Assembly: GCA_965203355.1 (NCBI GenBank)
Contig: OZ241889.1
Location: forward strand, 3,808,001 to 3,872,000
DNA from: Candidatus Latescibacterota bacterium
GTDB lineage: Bacteria; Latescibacterota; UBA2968; UBA8231
DNA: 64,000 bases
Reading direction: 5' to 3'
A program made the translations under genes and the position numbers. Of this stretch, positions 26,374-36,249 are shown one piece after another. The notes below the pieces were generated by a model that was given only the letters and a program-made list of their open reading frames with translations, was not told the DNA's origin and ran no database searches. The number at the start of each line of letters is the position of its first letter. Position 1 is the stretch's first letter.

Positions 26374-27570
26374 CTATAGGTCGAAGAAGTCGGCGTCTTC
26401 CTCGCGCAGATAGTGCCGCGCTTCTTCGGCGATTAGATCGACGCCCATCCCGGGCGCGTCCCAAACGGCGATGTGGCTATCGACCACGAGCGGATCGGGC
26501 AAACCCGCGACGATGTCGTACCACCACTCGGGCTGCCCAGTTGGATATTCAAACGCAATGTAGTTTTGCGGCAGCGTCGCCGCGACTTGGACTAGCGCCG
26601 CCAAGCCCAACAAGCCGTCGAGTACGCCGTGGGGCGCCATGAGGATGCCGTGCATATCGGCGTATTCAGCCACCCACTTGAGTTCGGCAATGCCGCCGAT
26701 GTCGCAAGGATCCGGGCCGATGACATCCACGGCGCGCTTCTCGATCAGATCCTGAAAATTGTGCCGCAAGTAAATCTGCTCGCCCGTGTGGATTGGCGTC
26801 GAGGTGCTCTGCGTGACCTCGCGGTAGTGATCCGCCGAAACATAGGGCACGTAATCGCCGGTCAGCATGTCCTCCAGCCACGCCACGTTGAGCGCTTCGA
26901 CCGCTTGGGCTAGGCGGCGCGCATCCGGCACGAGAAAGCCCGGCCCTAAGTCCAGCGCCAAGCCGACCTCGTCGCCGCACACTTCCTTCATCGCGCGGAT
27001 GCAATCGACGATGTAGTTGAGGCCGCGTTCGCTCAAGGGACCGCGATTGGCGTGGAATGGGCCGGCTTGGTGGGTGCCGTAGAAATGTTCGGGCGACTCT
27101 GTGATTCGTCCGCCGTGGAAAGCAAGGCCCTGCTTGATGATGCTAAACTTCTGCGGCGCATCCTTCATGCGCTGCATGTTGGCCGCGTAATTTTCGGGCG
27201 ACGGACCGCCCTCCATGGGGAAGCGCACCGCGCCATTGTACACCCGTACGCGGTCGCGGATTTTGCCGCCGAGCAGCTTGTACACCGGCGCGCCCACGGC
27301 CTTGCCTGCGAGGTCCCACAGCGCCATTTCAATCGCACTGACCGCACTACCCCAAGGCTTGAAGCTGCCCAAGCGCCGAATCTTGAGCATCACCCGCTCG
27401 ACATCGGTCGGATCCTCGCCGAGGATGAAGTCCTTGTAGAACAGCACGTGGGGCTTGAGGTAGGATTTGCTCGCCTCGACTTGCCCGAGGCCGTATATGC
27501 CCTCGTCGGTATTGATGCGCACGACCGGGTTCTGGCCGATGACCGCGCATTTGAGATCTGTGATTTTCAT
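26374..27570 (-). CDS. Mandelate racemase/muconate lactonizing enzyme (enolase superfamily)
   Basis: SAIEMALWDLAGK, PVYKLLGG, WLED, TGEQ, D..GGI and APH. Confidence 0.9.
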   Translation of the reverse strand: MKITDLKCAVIGQNPVVRINTDEGIYGLGQVEASKSYLKPHVLFYKDFILGEDPTDVERVMLKIRRLGSFKPWGSAVSAIEMALWDLAGKAVGAPVYKLLGGKIRDRVRVYNGAVRFPMEGGPSPENYAANMQRMKDAPQKFSIIKQGLAFHGGRITESPEHFYGTHQAGPFHANRGPLSERGLNYIVDCIRAMKEVCGDEVGLALDLGPGFLVPDARRLAQAVEALNVAWLEDMLTGDYVPYVSADHYREVTQSTSTPIHTGEQIYLRHNFQDLIEKRAVDVIGPDPCDIGGIAELKWVAEYADMHGILMAPHGVLDGLLGLAALVQVAATLPQNYIAFEYPTGQPEWWYDIVAGLPDPLVVDSHIAVWDAPGMGVDLIAEEARHYLREEDADFFDL

Positions 27571-27654
27571 CTGCTTCCTTTCGCCAATAATTGCCCGATC
27601 TAATCTGCCTGAGGACAATTTACGGCCATAAGCATTCGCATAGTGCGTACTGTA

Positions 27655-28058
27655 TTTCGCTCTCAGTTACATGTGGGTACATTTATAAGTTGTTTATTTA
27701 CAAGGGTAAACGAGAAATCCACCGACCCTTAGACACTTGCCAGTTACATTTACACTAAATAGTGTCTAAGCCCAAAAAGGCACGTAACGAGCCGACCGAC
27801 CCACTGCTATTTTATCGCCTTATCTACTAAATTGACACGACGCATCTAGTAGGCCATATCTACGGATGCACCGCTCAGGCATGTACTACCGACGGAATCG
27901 AGGAATTTTCGCTCTCAGTTACATGTGGGTACATTTATAAGTTGTTTATTTACAAGGATAAACGAGAAATTCACCGCCCCTTAGACACTTGCCAGTTACA
28001 TTTACACTAAATAGTGTTTAAGCCCAAAAAGGCACGTAACGAGCCGACCGACCCACTG
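27655..28058. repeat. 152-bp imperfect direct repeat (27655-27806 and 27907-28058)
   Basis: Manual alignment shows a 252-bp offset, 4 mismatches and a 100-bp unique spacer. Each copy has two CAGTTACAT motifs and a TTAGACACT...AGTGT(C/T)TAA inverted repeat. Confidence 0.93.
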
Positions 28059-28275
28059 TACTTCCTTTGTCAAACGGCTTGATCAGATTCACTTTCAGCG
28101 TGTCCCTGATGACCCTAGACGCCACGGGATAACTGTCTTTCTGGATACCCAGACGTCTCCTGAGCGAAGCGTTCGACATCCGACTTCCCGACACGTATTG
28201 CAGGCAAGCGTGCTGATAACAGGCGCGCCTTCGCTCAACCTGGTCCATTTCCGAAAACCGACGAGGCCCGAAAAA
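28018..28275 (-). pseudogene. C-terminal remnant of an AlbA_2/Schlafen-HATPase-wHTH-type protein
   Basis: FGPRRFSEMDQVERRRACYQHACLQY...SLRRRLGI...ASRVIRD...RYVPFWA* matches my recollection of this family's C-terminus. The 5' part is missing and the remnant abuts the helicase stop. Confidence 0.65.
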
Positions 28276-28285
28276 TTCGCTTTTA

Positions 28286-31225
28286 TCAACGGCTTGAGTC
28301 CACGGTCTCCCCCCGCCCCACCAAATCCTCCAACTTCCAGTCGAGCGGGATGCGCATCCGCCCTTGATTGCGGCGGTCGAAGAGCAGATAATTTTCGCGC
28401 AGCCCAAAGTAAAACAAGTCGCGGGTCAACTCCACGTCCTTTTGGCAGTACTCGGCAATCAAATCCAGCCGACCCTCTTTGAACCACCGCAGCGCGTCCA
28501 GCCCATCGGCACTCTTGGCGGCGTCGAGCGTGGCCCGGCCCAGCGCGTCGAGGCTCACTCGATAGCGCAACCGCTGGTGGATCTCGCGCAGCATATCGAG
28601 CGTATTGAGCGTGCGGAAATCGAATGGGCTGTACCCGCGCAAGACCGAATAGTCAAAGCCGATGATGTTGAAGCCGACGACCAAATCGGCTGCCTGGAGG
28701 TGTTCTAAGAGCCGGTCGATGTCTTCCTCAAAATACGCAGTGCAGGCCTGCGCCTGGCTGTCCCACACCACGCCGACCGACATGCCCATCATGTGGGCCT
28801 TGTTCCAGCCGCCGACTTCCGCGGCCGAGCGCTGCGTTTCAAGGTCGAACACCACCACGTGCGGCCCTTGCTCAGGCGGCGCGTCCGCTGGGCTTTCTTC
28901 CTCTTCTTCCCACGCGGCAAAAATCGGCGCGTCCGCTGCGACCTCGGCGGTGGACGCTGTACGCTCGATGGTCCGGCGACCCGTGAGCGCACCGAGCAGG
29001 TGAATCGCGCCTTCCTTGTCGAGGGGGACGTTGCCCGCGCCGCACGTGGGGAAATGGATGCAAGACGGACAGCCGAGCAAGCAGTCGCAGGTTTCGACCA
29101 TGGACAGCGTCATGTCCAAGAGGCGGTCGAGCTGGGCAAAGCCCCTTTCCGCCAAGCCAATGCCGCCGGGGTGATAGTCGTACACGAAAATCGCGCCTTT
29201 GCCGAGCTGGGGATGCTGGGGATAGCAAATCCCGCCGACGTCCGTCCGGTCGCACAAGGCCAGCAGCGGAAAGAGCGACTTCACGGCGTGTTCAATGGCG
29301 TGGATCGACCCCATGTAGTGGTGCTGATGGCGGCTGAGATCCGCCTTGAAGTGGGCGTCGAGTTCAAGCCAAAAGCCAATCGTCTCAAAGTGCTCCACCG
29401 GCGACTCCAGCGGGTGTTTGCTGAGGACGACTTGGTCGCCGACGCGGATCTTTTCGTACCCCACCACCTGCGAGCTGACCTTAAGCCGACCCAGCCGCGC
29501 CATAAAGCCCGGCAACGGCCGCGCGCGCAGTTCCGCCAAAATCTCGGTGTCCTTTTCCGTGCGGGCGCGCGTGAAGTAAGCCACATCCACCTCCTCGGCG
29601 CCGATCTGGCCCCGCTCGGGATGGCGGTCGCCGATCTCGTACTGGCGGCCGCGGTGCAAGTAAATCGCGCCTTTGTAGCACTCGCCATGCACCTGACCGC
29701 CGCTGACCGTGCCAATCTGGTTGTTGCCGCGATCGACGATGTTGTACGACGCGCCGATGGTGCGCATGTTGACCAAGCGATGCGGCTGCTTGCGCGCGGC
29801 AAACCAAGCGTCGCCTTCGGCATTTTGCAGCAGCAGCCCCTCGGCGGTCAGCGCATCAATCGCCGCCTGATAGTTGGGCAGCGCGTACTCGGGTTCGCCA
29901 GCCACGAGGGGCAACTCGCGTGCCGCGCAGGTGAGATGGTTTTTGAGGATGTACTGGTTCGTCGGATCCACCACTGCATCCTCTAAATCGCGTGTGAAAA
30001 ACTCCCTTGGGTGCCGCATAAAGTACTGGTCGAGCGCGTCGGGAGACGCGATGAGGAGGATGAGCGACTCGCGGCCTGCGCGGCCCACGCGGCCAGCGCG
30101 CTGCCAAGTGTTGATGATCGACCCCGGATAGCCGACTAACACGCAGACATCCAAGCCGCCGATGTCAATACCCAGTTCCAAAGCCGACGTGGCCACCACG
30201 CCCTTGAGCTGACCGCTGTTGAGCGCCTGCTCGATCTGGCGGCGCTCGGTGGGCAAATAGCCCGCGCGATACGAAGAAATTTGCGCCCGCAAGTCCGGGC
30301 GGCTCTGGGTAGCCCAGCGGTACACGAGTTCGGTGGTGATGCGGGCGCGGGTGAAGACAATCGTGCGGTAGTCCCTGAGCACGCTGGTGCGCAGCACGTG
30401 GGCCGCGAGGGTGTTGGGGCTTTCCGTCGGATTGACAAACACAAAGTGGCGCGTTGCAGCCGGAGCACCGTGGTCTTCAATCGCGTAAAAGGAGCGGTTG
30501 AGCAACTCGTCCGCCAGCTCGCGGGGATTGCCCATCGTCGCCGAACTAGCGATGTACACCGGCTCGGACCCGTAGTAGGTGCAGATGCGGTTCAAGCGGC
30601 GAAAAAGGTGCAGCACATGAGTGCCAAAGACGCCGCTGTACGCGTGTAGCTCGTCGATGACCACGTAGCGCAGACGCGCAAAAAAACCAGCCCAAGCCTC
30701 GTGAAAAGCGAGGATGCCCGAGTGCAGCATGTCCGGCGTGGTGAAGAGCACCTGCGGCGGCTTGGCGCGAATTTGCCGACGGCGATGGGCCGTGGTATCG
30801 CCGTCGTAAATGGCCGCTTGCAACCCGCCGCCCAAGCCTTGCATCAGGCCGCTTAGCTCGTCGAACTGATCCTGCTCCAGCGCCTTGAGCGGGAAAATGT
30901 AGAGCGCGTGGGCCGCCGGATCGTCCATTAGCGTGGCCAGCACGGGCGCGTTGTACACCAAGGTTTTGCCCGAGGCCGTGGGCGTGGCAATGGCCACGTG
31001 CTGGCCTTCCAGCACTTTTTGGATGCCCTCGACTTGGTGCGTATAGAGCGCGGGGATGCCGGCGCTTTCGAGGATGCGGGCCATGACCGGCGGCAGGCCA
31101 GCCAAGTCGCGGACTATACGCGCCGGGCGGGCGGGCAAGGTCTGGTGATGGACGACCTCGTTGCCCAAGATGCGGCGTTTGAGAAAGCGGATGTGCTCGG
31201 CGATGCGCTCGGCGTCGCAGCTCAA
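28286..31225 (-). CDS. DEAH-box helicase (MrfA/Hrq-like, DUF1998) fused to a C-terminal RNase_H_2 (MrfB/YprB-like) exonuclease
   Basis: TPTASGKT, DELH, SAT, QRAGRVGR and DUF1998 CDCLLGCPSC...C; an acidic linker, then VVFDLETQ...GFNIIGFD...YCQKDV (DEDD-type residues). Confidence 0.88.
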   Translation of the reverse strand: MSCDAERIAEHIRFLKRRILGNEVVHHQTLPARPARIVRDLAGLPPVMARILESAGIPALYTHQVEGIQKVLEGQHVAIATPTASGKTLVYNAPVLATLMDDPAAHALYIFPLKALEQDQFDELSGLMQGLGGGLQAAIYDGDTTAHRRRQIRAKPPQVLFTTPDMLHSGILAFHEAWAGFFARLRYVVIDELHAYSGVFGTHVLHLFRRLNRICTYYGSEPVYIASSATMGNPRELADELLNRSFYAIEDHGAPAATRHFVFVNPTESPNTLAAHVLRTSVLRDYRTIVFTRARITTELVYRWATQSRPDLRAQISSYRAGYLPTERRQIEQALNSGQLKGVVATSALELGIDIGGLDVCVLVGYPGSIINTWQRAGRVGRAGRESLILLIASPDALDQYFMRHPREFFTRDLEDAVVDPTNQYILKNHLTCAARELPLVAGEPEYALPNYQAAIDALTAEGLLLQNAEGDAWFAARKQPHRLVNMRTIGASYNIVDRGNNQIGTVSGGQVHGECYKGAIYLHRGRQYEIGDRHPERGQIGAEEVDVAYFTRARTEKDTEILAELRARPLPGFMARLGRLKVSSQVVGYEKIRVGDQVVLSKHPLESPVEHFETIGFWLELDAHFKADLSRHQHHYMGSIHAIEHAVKSLFPLLALCDRTDVGGICYPQHPQLGKGAIFVYDYHPGGIGLAERGFAQLDRLLDMTLSMVETCDCLLGCPSCIHFPTCGAGNVPLDKEGAIHLLGALTGRRTIERTASTAEVAADAPIFAAWEEEEESPADAPPEQGPHVVVFDLETQRSAAEVGGWNKAHMMGMSVGVVWDSQAQACTAYFEEDIDRLLEHLQAADLVVGFNIIGFDYSVLRGYSPFDFRTLNTLDMLREIHQRLRYRVSLDALGRATLDAAKSADGLDALRWFKEGRLDLIAEYCQKDVELTRDLFYFGLRENYLLFDRRNQGRMRIPLDWKLEDLVGRGETVDSSR

Positions 31226-31457
31226 GGCTCAATTTCCTGAAGGGGAAGAAATGAGAGGATAGCTAAGCCGTTGGGCTAGAGCAACTCGGCAAACGTCCGC
31301 CGCCTAAAAAGGGGCTTTATTTTCGGGAATTTCCTATTAAGTTCTGACGAGCTTTTTCCTCGGCGGCACCGGATGGGGAAGGGCTCGTGAAAACCGCAGG
31401 CCATCGCCCGTCCGGTGCCGTACAACAGCAACCGTACAACAATGGAGTCCACACCGC

Positions 31458-32237
31458 ATGAAGACACCCTTAGCTTTCCCACTCGTCCTATTCCTATCTG
31501 GCCCGGTCGTGGCGCAAGAACAGCTTGCAGAACGACTACCGGAAATAGTGCAGGCAATAAACGCACAGATGGTGCGCGTCGAAGGCGGGTCGTTCACCAT
31601 GGGTTGCACCCCGGAACAGGAGCATTGCGCTGACGACGAAAGGCCGACGCACCGCGTGCAGATTGGCCGTTTTGAGATAGGCAAGTATGAGGTGACTCAG
31701 GAACTGTGGGAGGCGGTAATGGGCGAGAACCCGAGCGCGTTTGCGGATTGCCCCCAGTGTCCGGTGGAAACGGTCAGTTGGGATGACATCCAAGCGTTTC
31801 TAACCAAACTGAACGCGGGCGGCGGCTCGTATCGGCTCCCGAGCGAAGCAGAGTGGGAATATGCGGCACGCGGTGGGCAGCAAAGCAAAGGGTTCCAGTA
31901 TGCGGGGAGCAACGACTGGGCGGCGGTCGCTTGGTATTACGAAAACACGGGCAACAGGACGCATCGAGTCGGGCAAAAGCAGGCAAACGAGTTGGGCTTA
32001 TTCGACATGTCCGGGAACGTCCGGGAATGGGTGCAGGACTGCTGGCACGCCAGCTACGACGGCGCACCGAGCAACGGGCAGGCTTGGGAGGAAGGCGATT
32101 GCGTGCGGCGCGCCATACGCGGCGGCTCCTGGTACGGCAAGCCGAGTTACGTCCGCTCGGCCAACCGCTTCTGGTACGCCCCGTATTTTCGCAACAACAA
32201 CCTCGGATTCCGCGTGGCTCGGACGGTCCAAGAATAA
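31458..32237 (+). CDS. Secreted FGE-sulfatase (SUMF1) domain protein, probably non-catalytic
   Basis: Signal peptide, GGSFTMG, YEVTQ, RLPSEAEWEYAARG, DMSGNVREW, RGGSW and GFRVA. Lacks the catalytic Cys pair of true FGE. Confidence 0.85.
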   Translation: MKTPLAFPLVLFLSGPVVAQEQLAERLPEIVQAINAQMVRVEGGSFTMGCTPEQEHCADDERPTHRVQIGRFEIGKYEVTQELWEAVMGENPSAFADCPQCPVETVSWDDIQAFLTKLNAGGGSYRLPSEAEWEYAARGGQQSKGFQYAGSNDWAAVAWYYENTGNRTHRVGQKQANELGLFDMSGNVREWVQDCWHASYDGAPSNGQAWEEGDCVRRAIRGGSWYGKPSYVRSANRFWYAPYFRNNNLGFRVARTVQE

Positions 32238-32241
32238 AAAC

Positions 32242-33924
32242 ATGCCCTCCCTTCCCACCGGCATCGACCGCAACCTAACGCACTACGCCGATCCAGGTTT
32301 TAGTCGCTACTTGCGCCGCGCTTTTCTCGCGTCGGCTGGCTACGACGAAGCGGACTTAGCACGCCCGGTAGTCGGTATTGCCGATACCTCGTCCGACTAC
32401 ACCCCCTGCCATCGCGCCATGCCCCAACTCGTAGAAGCCGTTAAACGAGGGGTGCTAGAAGCCGGGGGGCTACCCCTCGTCTTTCCGACCCTTTCCCTCG
32501 GCGAAATCCTCCTCTCCCCCACCGCCATGCTCTACCGCAACCTCATGGCCATGGCGACCGAGGAAATGATCACCGCCCAGCCCATGGACGCAGTCGTGCT
32601 GCTCGGCGGCTGCGACAAAACCCTGCCGGCCCAACTCATGGCCTCGGCTTCCGCGTCTGTGCCCGCCATCCACCTCGTCGCCGGACCCATGTTAGCTGGA
32701 GGCTGGCGCGGCGAGCGATTGGGCGCATGCACCGATTGCCGCCGCTACTGGGCACAGCATCGGGCCGACGCCCTCGACGCCGCCGAGATCGCCGCGGTCA
32801 GACAAAGCCTGTGCCCAACCGCCGGAACCTGCATGGTCATGGGCACGGCCTCAACCATGGCCTGCGCGACCGAAGCCCTCGGACTCATGCTACCGGGCGC
32901 GGCCACCCCGCCCGCCGTCTCAGGCCAGCGCTTGCGGCTCGGAGTCGCCACCGGCCGCCGGGCCGTAGCCTTAGCCACCGAAGGACGCCCGGCGCGCGAC
33001 ATACTAACGCCAGCGGCCTTTGCCAACGCACTCAAGGTACTGGCCGCGCTGAGCGGCTCGACGAATGCGGTCGTACATTTGCTCGCCATTGCGCGCCGGG
33101 CCGGCGTGGACCTATCGCTAGACGACTTCCACACCGCAGCCCAACAAGTACCGCTGCTGGTAGATTGCAAGCCAGCAGGCAGCGGGTACATGGAGGATTT
33201 CGACCAGGCCGGCGGCGTACCCACGCTGCTCAAAGCACTGGAGCCGATGCTCGATCTCGATGCCGTAGGCGTCAGCGGCCAAACGCTCGGCGCACTCTTG
33301 CAGGACGTGGCCGCGCCCGGCGCGTGGCCATCCTCAATTCGCACCTTGGACGCGCCGCTGGGGCCAGCGTCGTCCCTCGTAGTGCTAAAAGGATCGCTCG
33401 CGCCAGACGGAGCCGTCCTAAAAAAAGCCACCGCTTCCCCGCACTTGCACCAGCACCGAGGGCCAGCCATCGTATTCGAGGGGCCAGACGCGGTCGCCCG
33501 CATCGACGACCCCGCCTTGGGCATCACGCCGGAACACGTGCTGGTGCTGCGCGGAGCCGGGCCGGTAGCCCTGGGGATGCCCGAAGCCGGGTCCATGCCC
33601 GTGCCCAAGCACCTCGCGGCCCAAGGCGTCCAAGACATGGTGCGCATCTCCGATGGGCGGATGAGCGGCACGGCGTATGGGACCGTCGCGTTGCACGTAG
33701 CACCGGAAGCGGCCGTTGGCGGTCCGTTGGCACTCGTCCGCGACGGAGACCCGATCGAGTTGGACGTAGAAGCCGGGCGTTTAGATTTGCTAGTCCCGGC
33801 GGAAATCCTCGCCCGGCGGCGCGCCGAATGGACCGCACCCGCCGGGCCAACCCGCGGATGGCGACAGCTATACGCCGAGCGCGTCTTGCCGGCGAATTTG
33901 GGGGCGGATTTAGATTTTTGCTAA
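32242..33924 (+). CDS. IlvD/Edd-family dehydratase (probably sugar-acid type)
   Basis: TPCH, GGCDKT, GTCMVMGTASTM, SGSTNA, GMPE and SDGRMSGT; ATG 32242. Confidence 0.88.
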   Translation: MPSLPTGIDRNLTHYADPGFSRYLRRAFLASAGYDEADLARPVVGIADTSSDYTPCHRAMPQLVEAVKRGVLEAGGLPLVFPTLSLGEILLSPTAMLYRNLMAMATEEMITAQPMDAVVLLGGCDKTLPAQLMASASASVPAIHLVAGPMLAGGWRGERLGACTDCRRYWAQHRADALDAAEIAAVRQSLCPTAGTCMVMGTASTMACATEALGLMLPGAATPPAVSGQRLRLGVATGRRAVALATEGRPARDILTPAAFANALKVLAALSGSTNAVVHLLAIARRAGVDLSLDDFHTAAQQVPLLVDCKPAGSGYMEDFDQAGGVPTLLKALEPMLDLDAVGVSGQTLGALLQDVAAPGAWPSSIRTLDAPLGPASSLVVLKGSLAPDGAVLKKATASPHLHQHRGPAIVFEGPDAVARIDDPALGITPEHVLVLRGAGPVALGMPEAGSMPVPKHLAAQGVQDMVRISDGRMSGTAYGTVALHVAPEAAVGGPLALVRDGDPIELDVEAGRLDLLVPAEILARRRAEWTAPAGPTRGWRQLYAERVLPANLGADLDFC

Positions 33925-33966
33925 GTGGTCTGAGATGCTTCAGCTCAGACCTATGAGGAGGAATAC

Positions 33967-35313
33967 ATGCTCAGTGCATTGCTCGCCGAGCGCGAGCGGC
34001 AAGGTGAGCCGATCCGGGTCGGCATCATCGGCGCGGGAAAATTCGGCGGCGGGTTGGTCGCGCAAATCGCCCAGATGCAGGGCATGGTCGTCTCGGCCGT
34101 GGCCGACATCGACCTAACGCGCGCCCGCCGCGCATACACCGCGGGATACGGGGATGTTGCAGTGGAAACGGCGGATAGCCCGCAGGCATTGGCGGCGGCC
34201 CTGCACGCGGGAAAGTTCACCGCCGTTGAAGACGGGCTGCTAGTCGCCCAAGCCGAGGGCTTGGACGTGGTGGTAGAAGCGACCGGCTCGACGGCGGTCG
34301 GAGCCAACATGGCCTGCGCCGCCATCGCCAGCGGCAACCACCTCGTGATGGTCAACGTCGAAACGGACGTGACCATCGGCGCACGGCTAAAGCGCCAGGC
34401 CGACCGCGCGGGCGTGGTGTACTCACTAGTCGATGGCGATCAGCCCGGCGTGACCATGAACATCATCGAATGGGCGTGGTCGCTGGGCTTGGACGTGGTG
34501 GCGGCGGGCCGCGGCACCATCCTCTTTGCCGACGATCTCCAAGGCACACCCGACAACACGGCGGCGCGCTTCGGCTTTGACGAAGAAACCTTGCAGCGAC
34601 GCAACATCAGCTTGAAGATGTACAACTCCTTCCGCGACGGCACCAAGGCCCAAGTCGAGGCCACGGCCATCGCCAACATGGCCGGGCTAGTCCCCGACAT
34701 AAGGGGCATGCACGAGCCGTCGTGCAATTTGGCGGACATCCCGCAAAAGTTCAGCTTGGCCGAAGAGGGGGGGCTGCTGAGCCAGCGCGGAGTCGTGGAG
34801 CTAGCCAACAGCGTCGCCGAAGACGGCAAGACCCGGCTCGACAACCCGCTCGGCATGGGCGTCTTTGTCGTCGCCCGCAGCGAGCATCCCTTTACCGTCG
34901 AAGACCTCGCCACCTACGGCCTGTATCCGGGCGGCGACGGCAAAAACTTCCTCCTCTACCGTCCCTATCACTTGGTGGCGGTTGAAGCCCCTATTACCAT
35001 CGCCAAAGTCGCGCTCTACGGCCTGCCAACCGGCGCGCCGCGCTCCGCGCCCACCGCCGACGTAATCGCCGTGGCCAAGCGCGACCTCAAGGCCGGCGAG
35101 ACGCTTGACGGCGGCGGCGGCTACACTGTATTAGGGCAAAGCGAAAAGGCAACCGTGGTGCGCCAAGAAGAACTGTTGCCCTTAGGGCTGTCGAGCGGAG
35201 CCGTGCTCAAACAAGACGCGCGACAAGGCGACGCCATTAGCTACGCCATGGTCGAGTTAGCGGATTCGCTCGCGTTACAACTGCGGCGCGAGCAGGACGC
35301 CATGTGCGAATAA
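33967..35313 (+). CDS. NAD(P)-dependent oxidoreductase, homoserine-dehydrogenase-like, with C-terminal SAF domain
   Basis: GIIGAGKFG, NVETDVTIG, GDQPG, DGTK, YRPYHL and AKRDLKAGETLDGGGG. Confidence 0.85.
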   Translation: MLSALLAERERQGEPIRVGIIGAGKFGGGLVAQIAQMQGMVVSAVADIDLTRARRAYTAGYGDVAVETADSPQALAAALHAGKFTAVEDGLLVAQAEGLDVVVEATGSTAVGANMACAAIASGNHLVMVNVETDVTIGARLKRQADRAGVVYSLVDGDQPGVTMNIIEWAWSLGLDVVAAGRGTILFADDLQGTPDNTAARFGFDEETLQRRNISLKMYNSFRDGTKAQVEATAIANMAGLVPDIRGMHEPSCNLADIPQKFSLAEEGGLLSQRGVVELANSVAEDGKTRLDNPLGMGVFVVARSEHPFTVEDLATYGLYPGGDGKNFLLYRPYHLVAVEAPITIAKVALYGLPTGAPRSAPTADVIAVAKRDLKAGETLDGGGGYTVLGQSEKATVVRQEELLPLGLSSGAVLKQDARQGDAISYAMVELADSLALQLRREQDAMCE

Positions 35314-35334
35314 ACTTGCAGTGCAGGTTGGGCC

Positions 35335-35667
35335 ATGTCCGAATATCAAGAAGCTAAGGTCGCAATCGTATCCATCTTGGAACTTTCAAAGGACTCAATC
35401 CACATGCACGTGGGATTGATCGTGTTTTTTTTAGCTGTAGTCCTGTGGAAAAAAGGCTCCATTGAAGCGCGATGTTTGATCCCCGTCGTAATGGTAGCAT
35501 CCTTGATGGAAGTGCTCGATCTGAGATACGATTATGTCTCGCGGGGACACTTCCGCCTGAAGGCCATAACGGCCAGCATTCACGATTTAATCAATACGGC
35601 GTTCTGGCCGGTGGTCATCGCAGCACTGGCGCGGGTGGGCAAATTGAAGAATGCGCGAAAGACATAG
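35335..35667 (+). CDS. Small hypothetical membrane protein
   Basis: Three hydrophobic segments, SKDSIHMHVG...EVLD...HDLINT; lower GC than its flanks. Confidence 0.6.
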   Translation: MSEYQEAKVAIVSILELSKDSIHMHVGLIVFFLAVVLWKKGSIEARCLIPVVMVASLMEVLDLRYDYVSRGHFRLKAITASIHDLINTAFWPVVIAALARVGKLKNARKT

Positions 35668-35680
35668 TTGCCAAAAGTAC

Positions 35681-35715
35681 AAAAAAAGGGAGGGGCGCGT
35701 ACGCCCCTCCCTTTT
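35681..35715. terminator. Bidirectional rho-independent terminator
   Basis: AAAAAAAGGGAGGGGCG-CGTA-CGCCCCTCCCTTTT between convergent genes. Confidence 0.9.
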
Positions 35716-35731
35716 GCGCGTCTAAGGCGGG

Positions 35732-36193
35732 CTAGCCGACCTTGACTTCGACCTGGCGGACGACCTTTTTCGCCTCCTCCTTTTTGGGCAGGAGGAGCGT
35801 CAGGACGCCGTTTTTGAACTTGGCTTCGATCTGCTCTGCCTCGACGCCATCGGGCAGGTGGAAGGCGCGCTCAAAGCGTCCGTAGATGCGCTCCTGGCGG
35901 AAGTACTTGCCTTCCTTTTCCTCGCTAGCCTCGCTCTTTTCGCCCCGCAGCACCAGGGACCCGTCCGCTACGGTGATGTCGATGTCCTTCTCCGCCAAAC
36001 CCGGCAGTTCAGCCGAGATTTCGTAGGAGGCGTCATCTTCCTTGACATCGATGCGCGGGCTGAAAGCCGCGTTGCCCGTCAACGCTGGCAAGCGCGAGTC
36101 CTCGCCAAAAAAGGCATCCACGAGGGTGTCGAATGGGCTGCGCCACGGGCGATTGCCGACGCGAGTGCTGGGTAGTAACGTCTTGAGGGCCAT
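35732..36193 (-). CDS. Hsp20/alpha-crystallin small heat-shock protein
   Basis: PRIDVKE, AELPG, ERIYGRFERAFHLP and AKFKNGVL; AAGGAG RBS. Confidence 0.93.
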   Translation of the reverse strand: MALKTLLPSTRVGNRPWRSPFDTLVDAFFGEDSRLPALTGNAAFSPRIDVKEDDASYEISAELPGLAEKDIDITVADGSLVLRGEKSEASEEKEGKYFRQERIYGRFERAFHLPDGVEAEQIEAKFKNGVLTLLLPKKEEAKKVVRQVEVKVG

Positions 36194-36249
36194 GATCTTT
36201 GCTCCTTGTTAAGGGGTTGTTGGTTTGTGTGGCCTTCGCCCACTTTATA

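Noticed and set aside
27655-28058. CRISPR array or integron attC interpretation of the repeat
   Set aside because: Only two 152-bp units, no cas or intI gene, and no RYYYAAC...GTTRRRY arrangement.
31458-32237. FGE as the activator of the nearby sulfatase
   Set aside because: It lacks the catalytic Cys pair after RGGSW and carries a signal peptide.
31861-33956. 687-aa extended IlvD ORF and overlapping 409-aa and 308-aa ORFs
   Set aside because: The extension overlaps the FGE-domain gene; family similarity begins at ATG 32242. The others are shadow frames.
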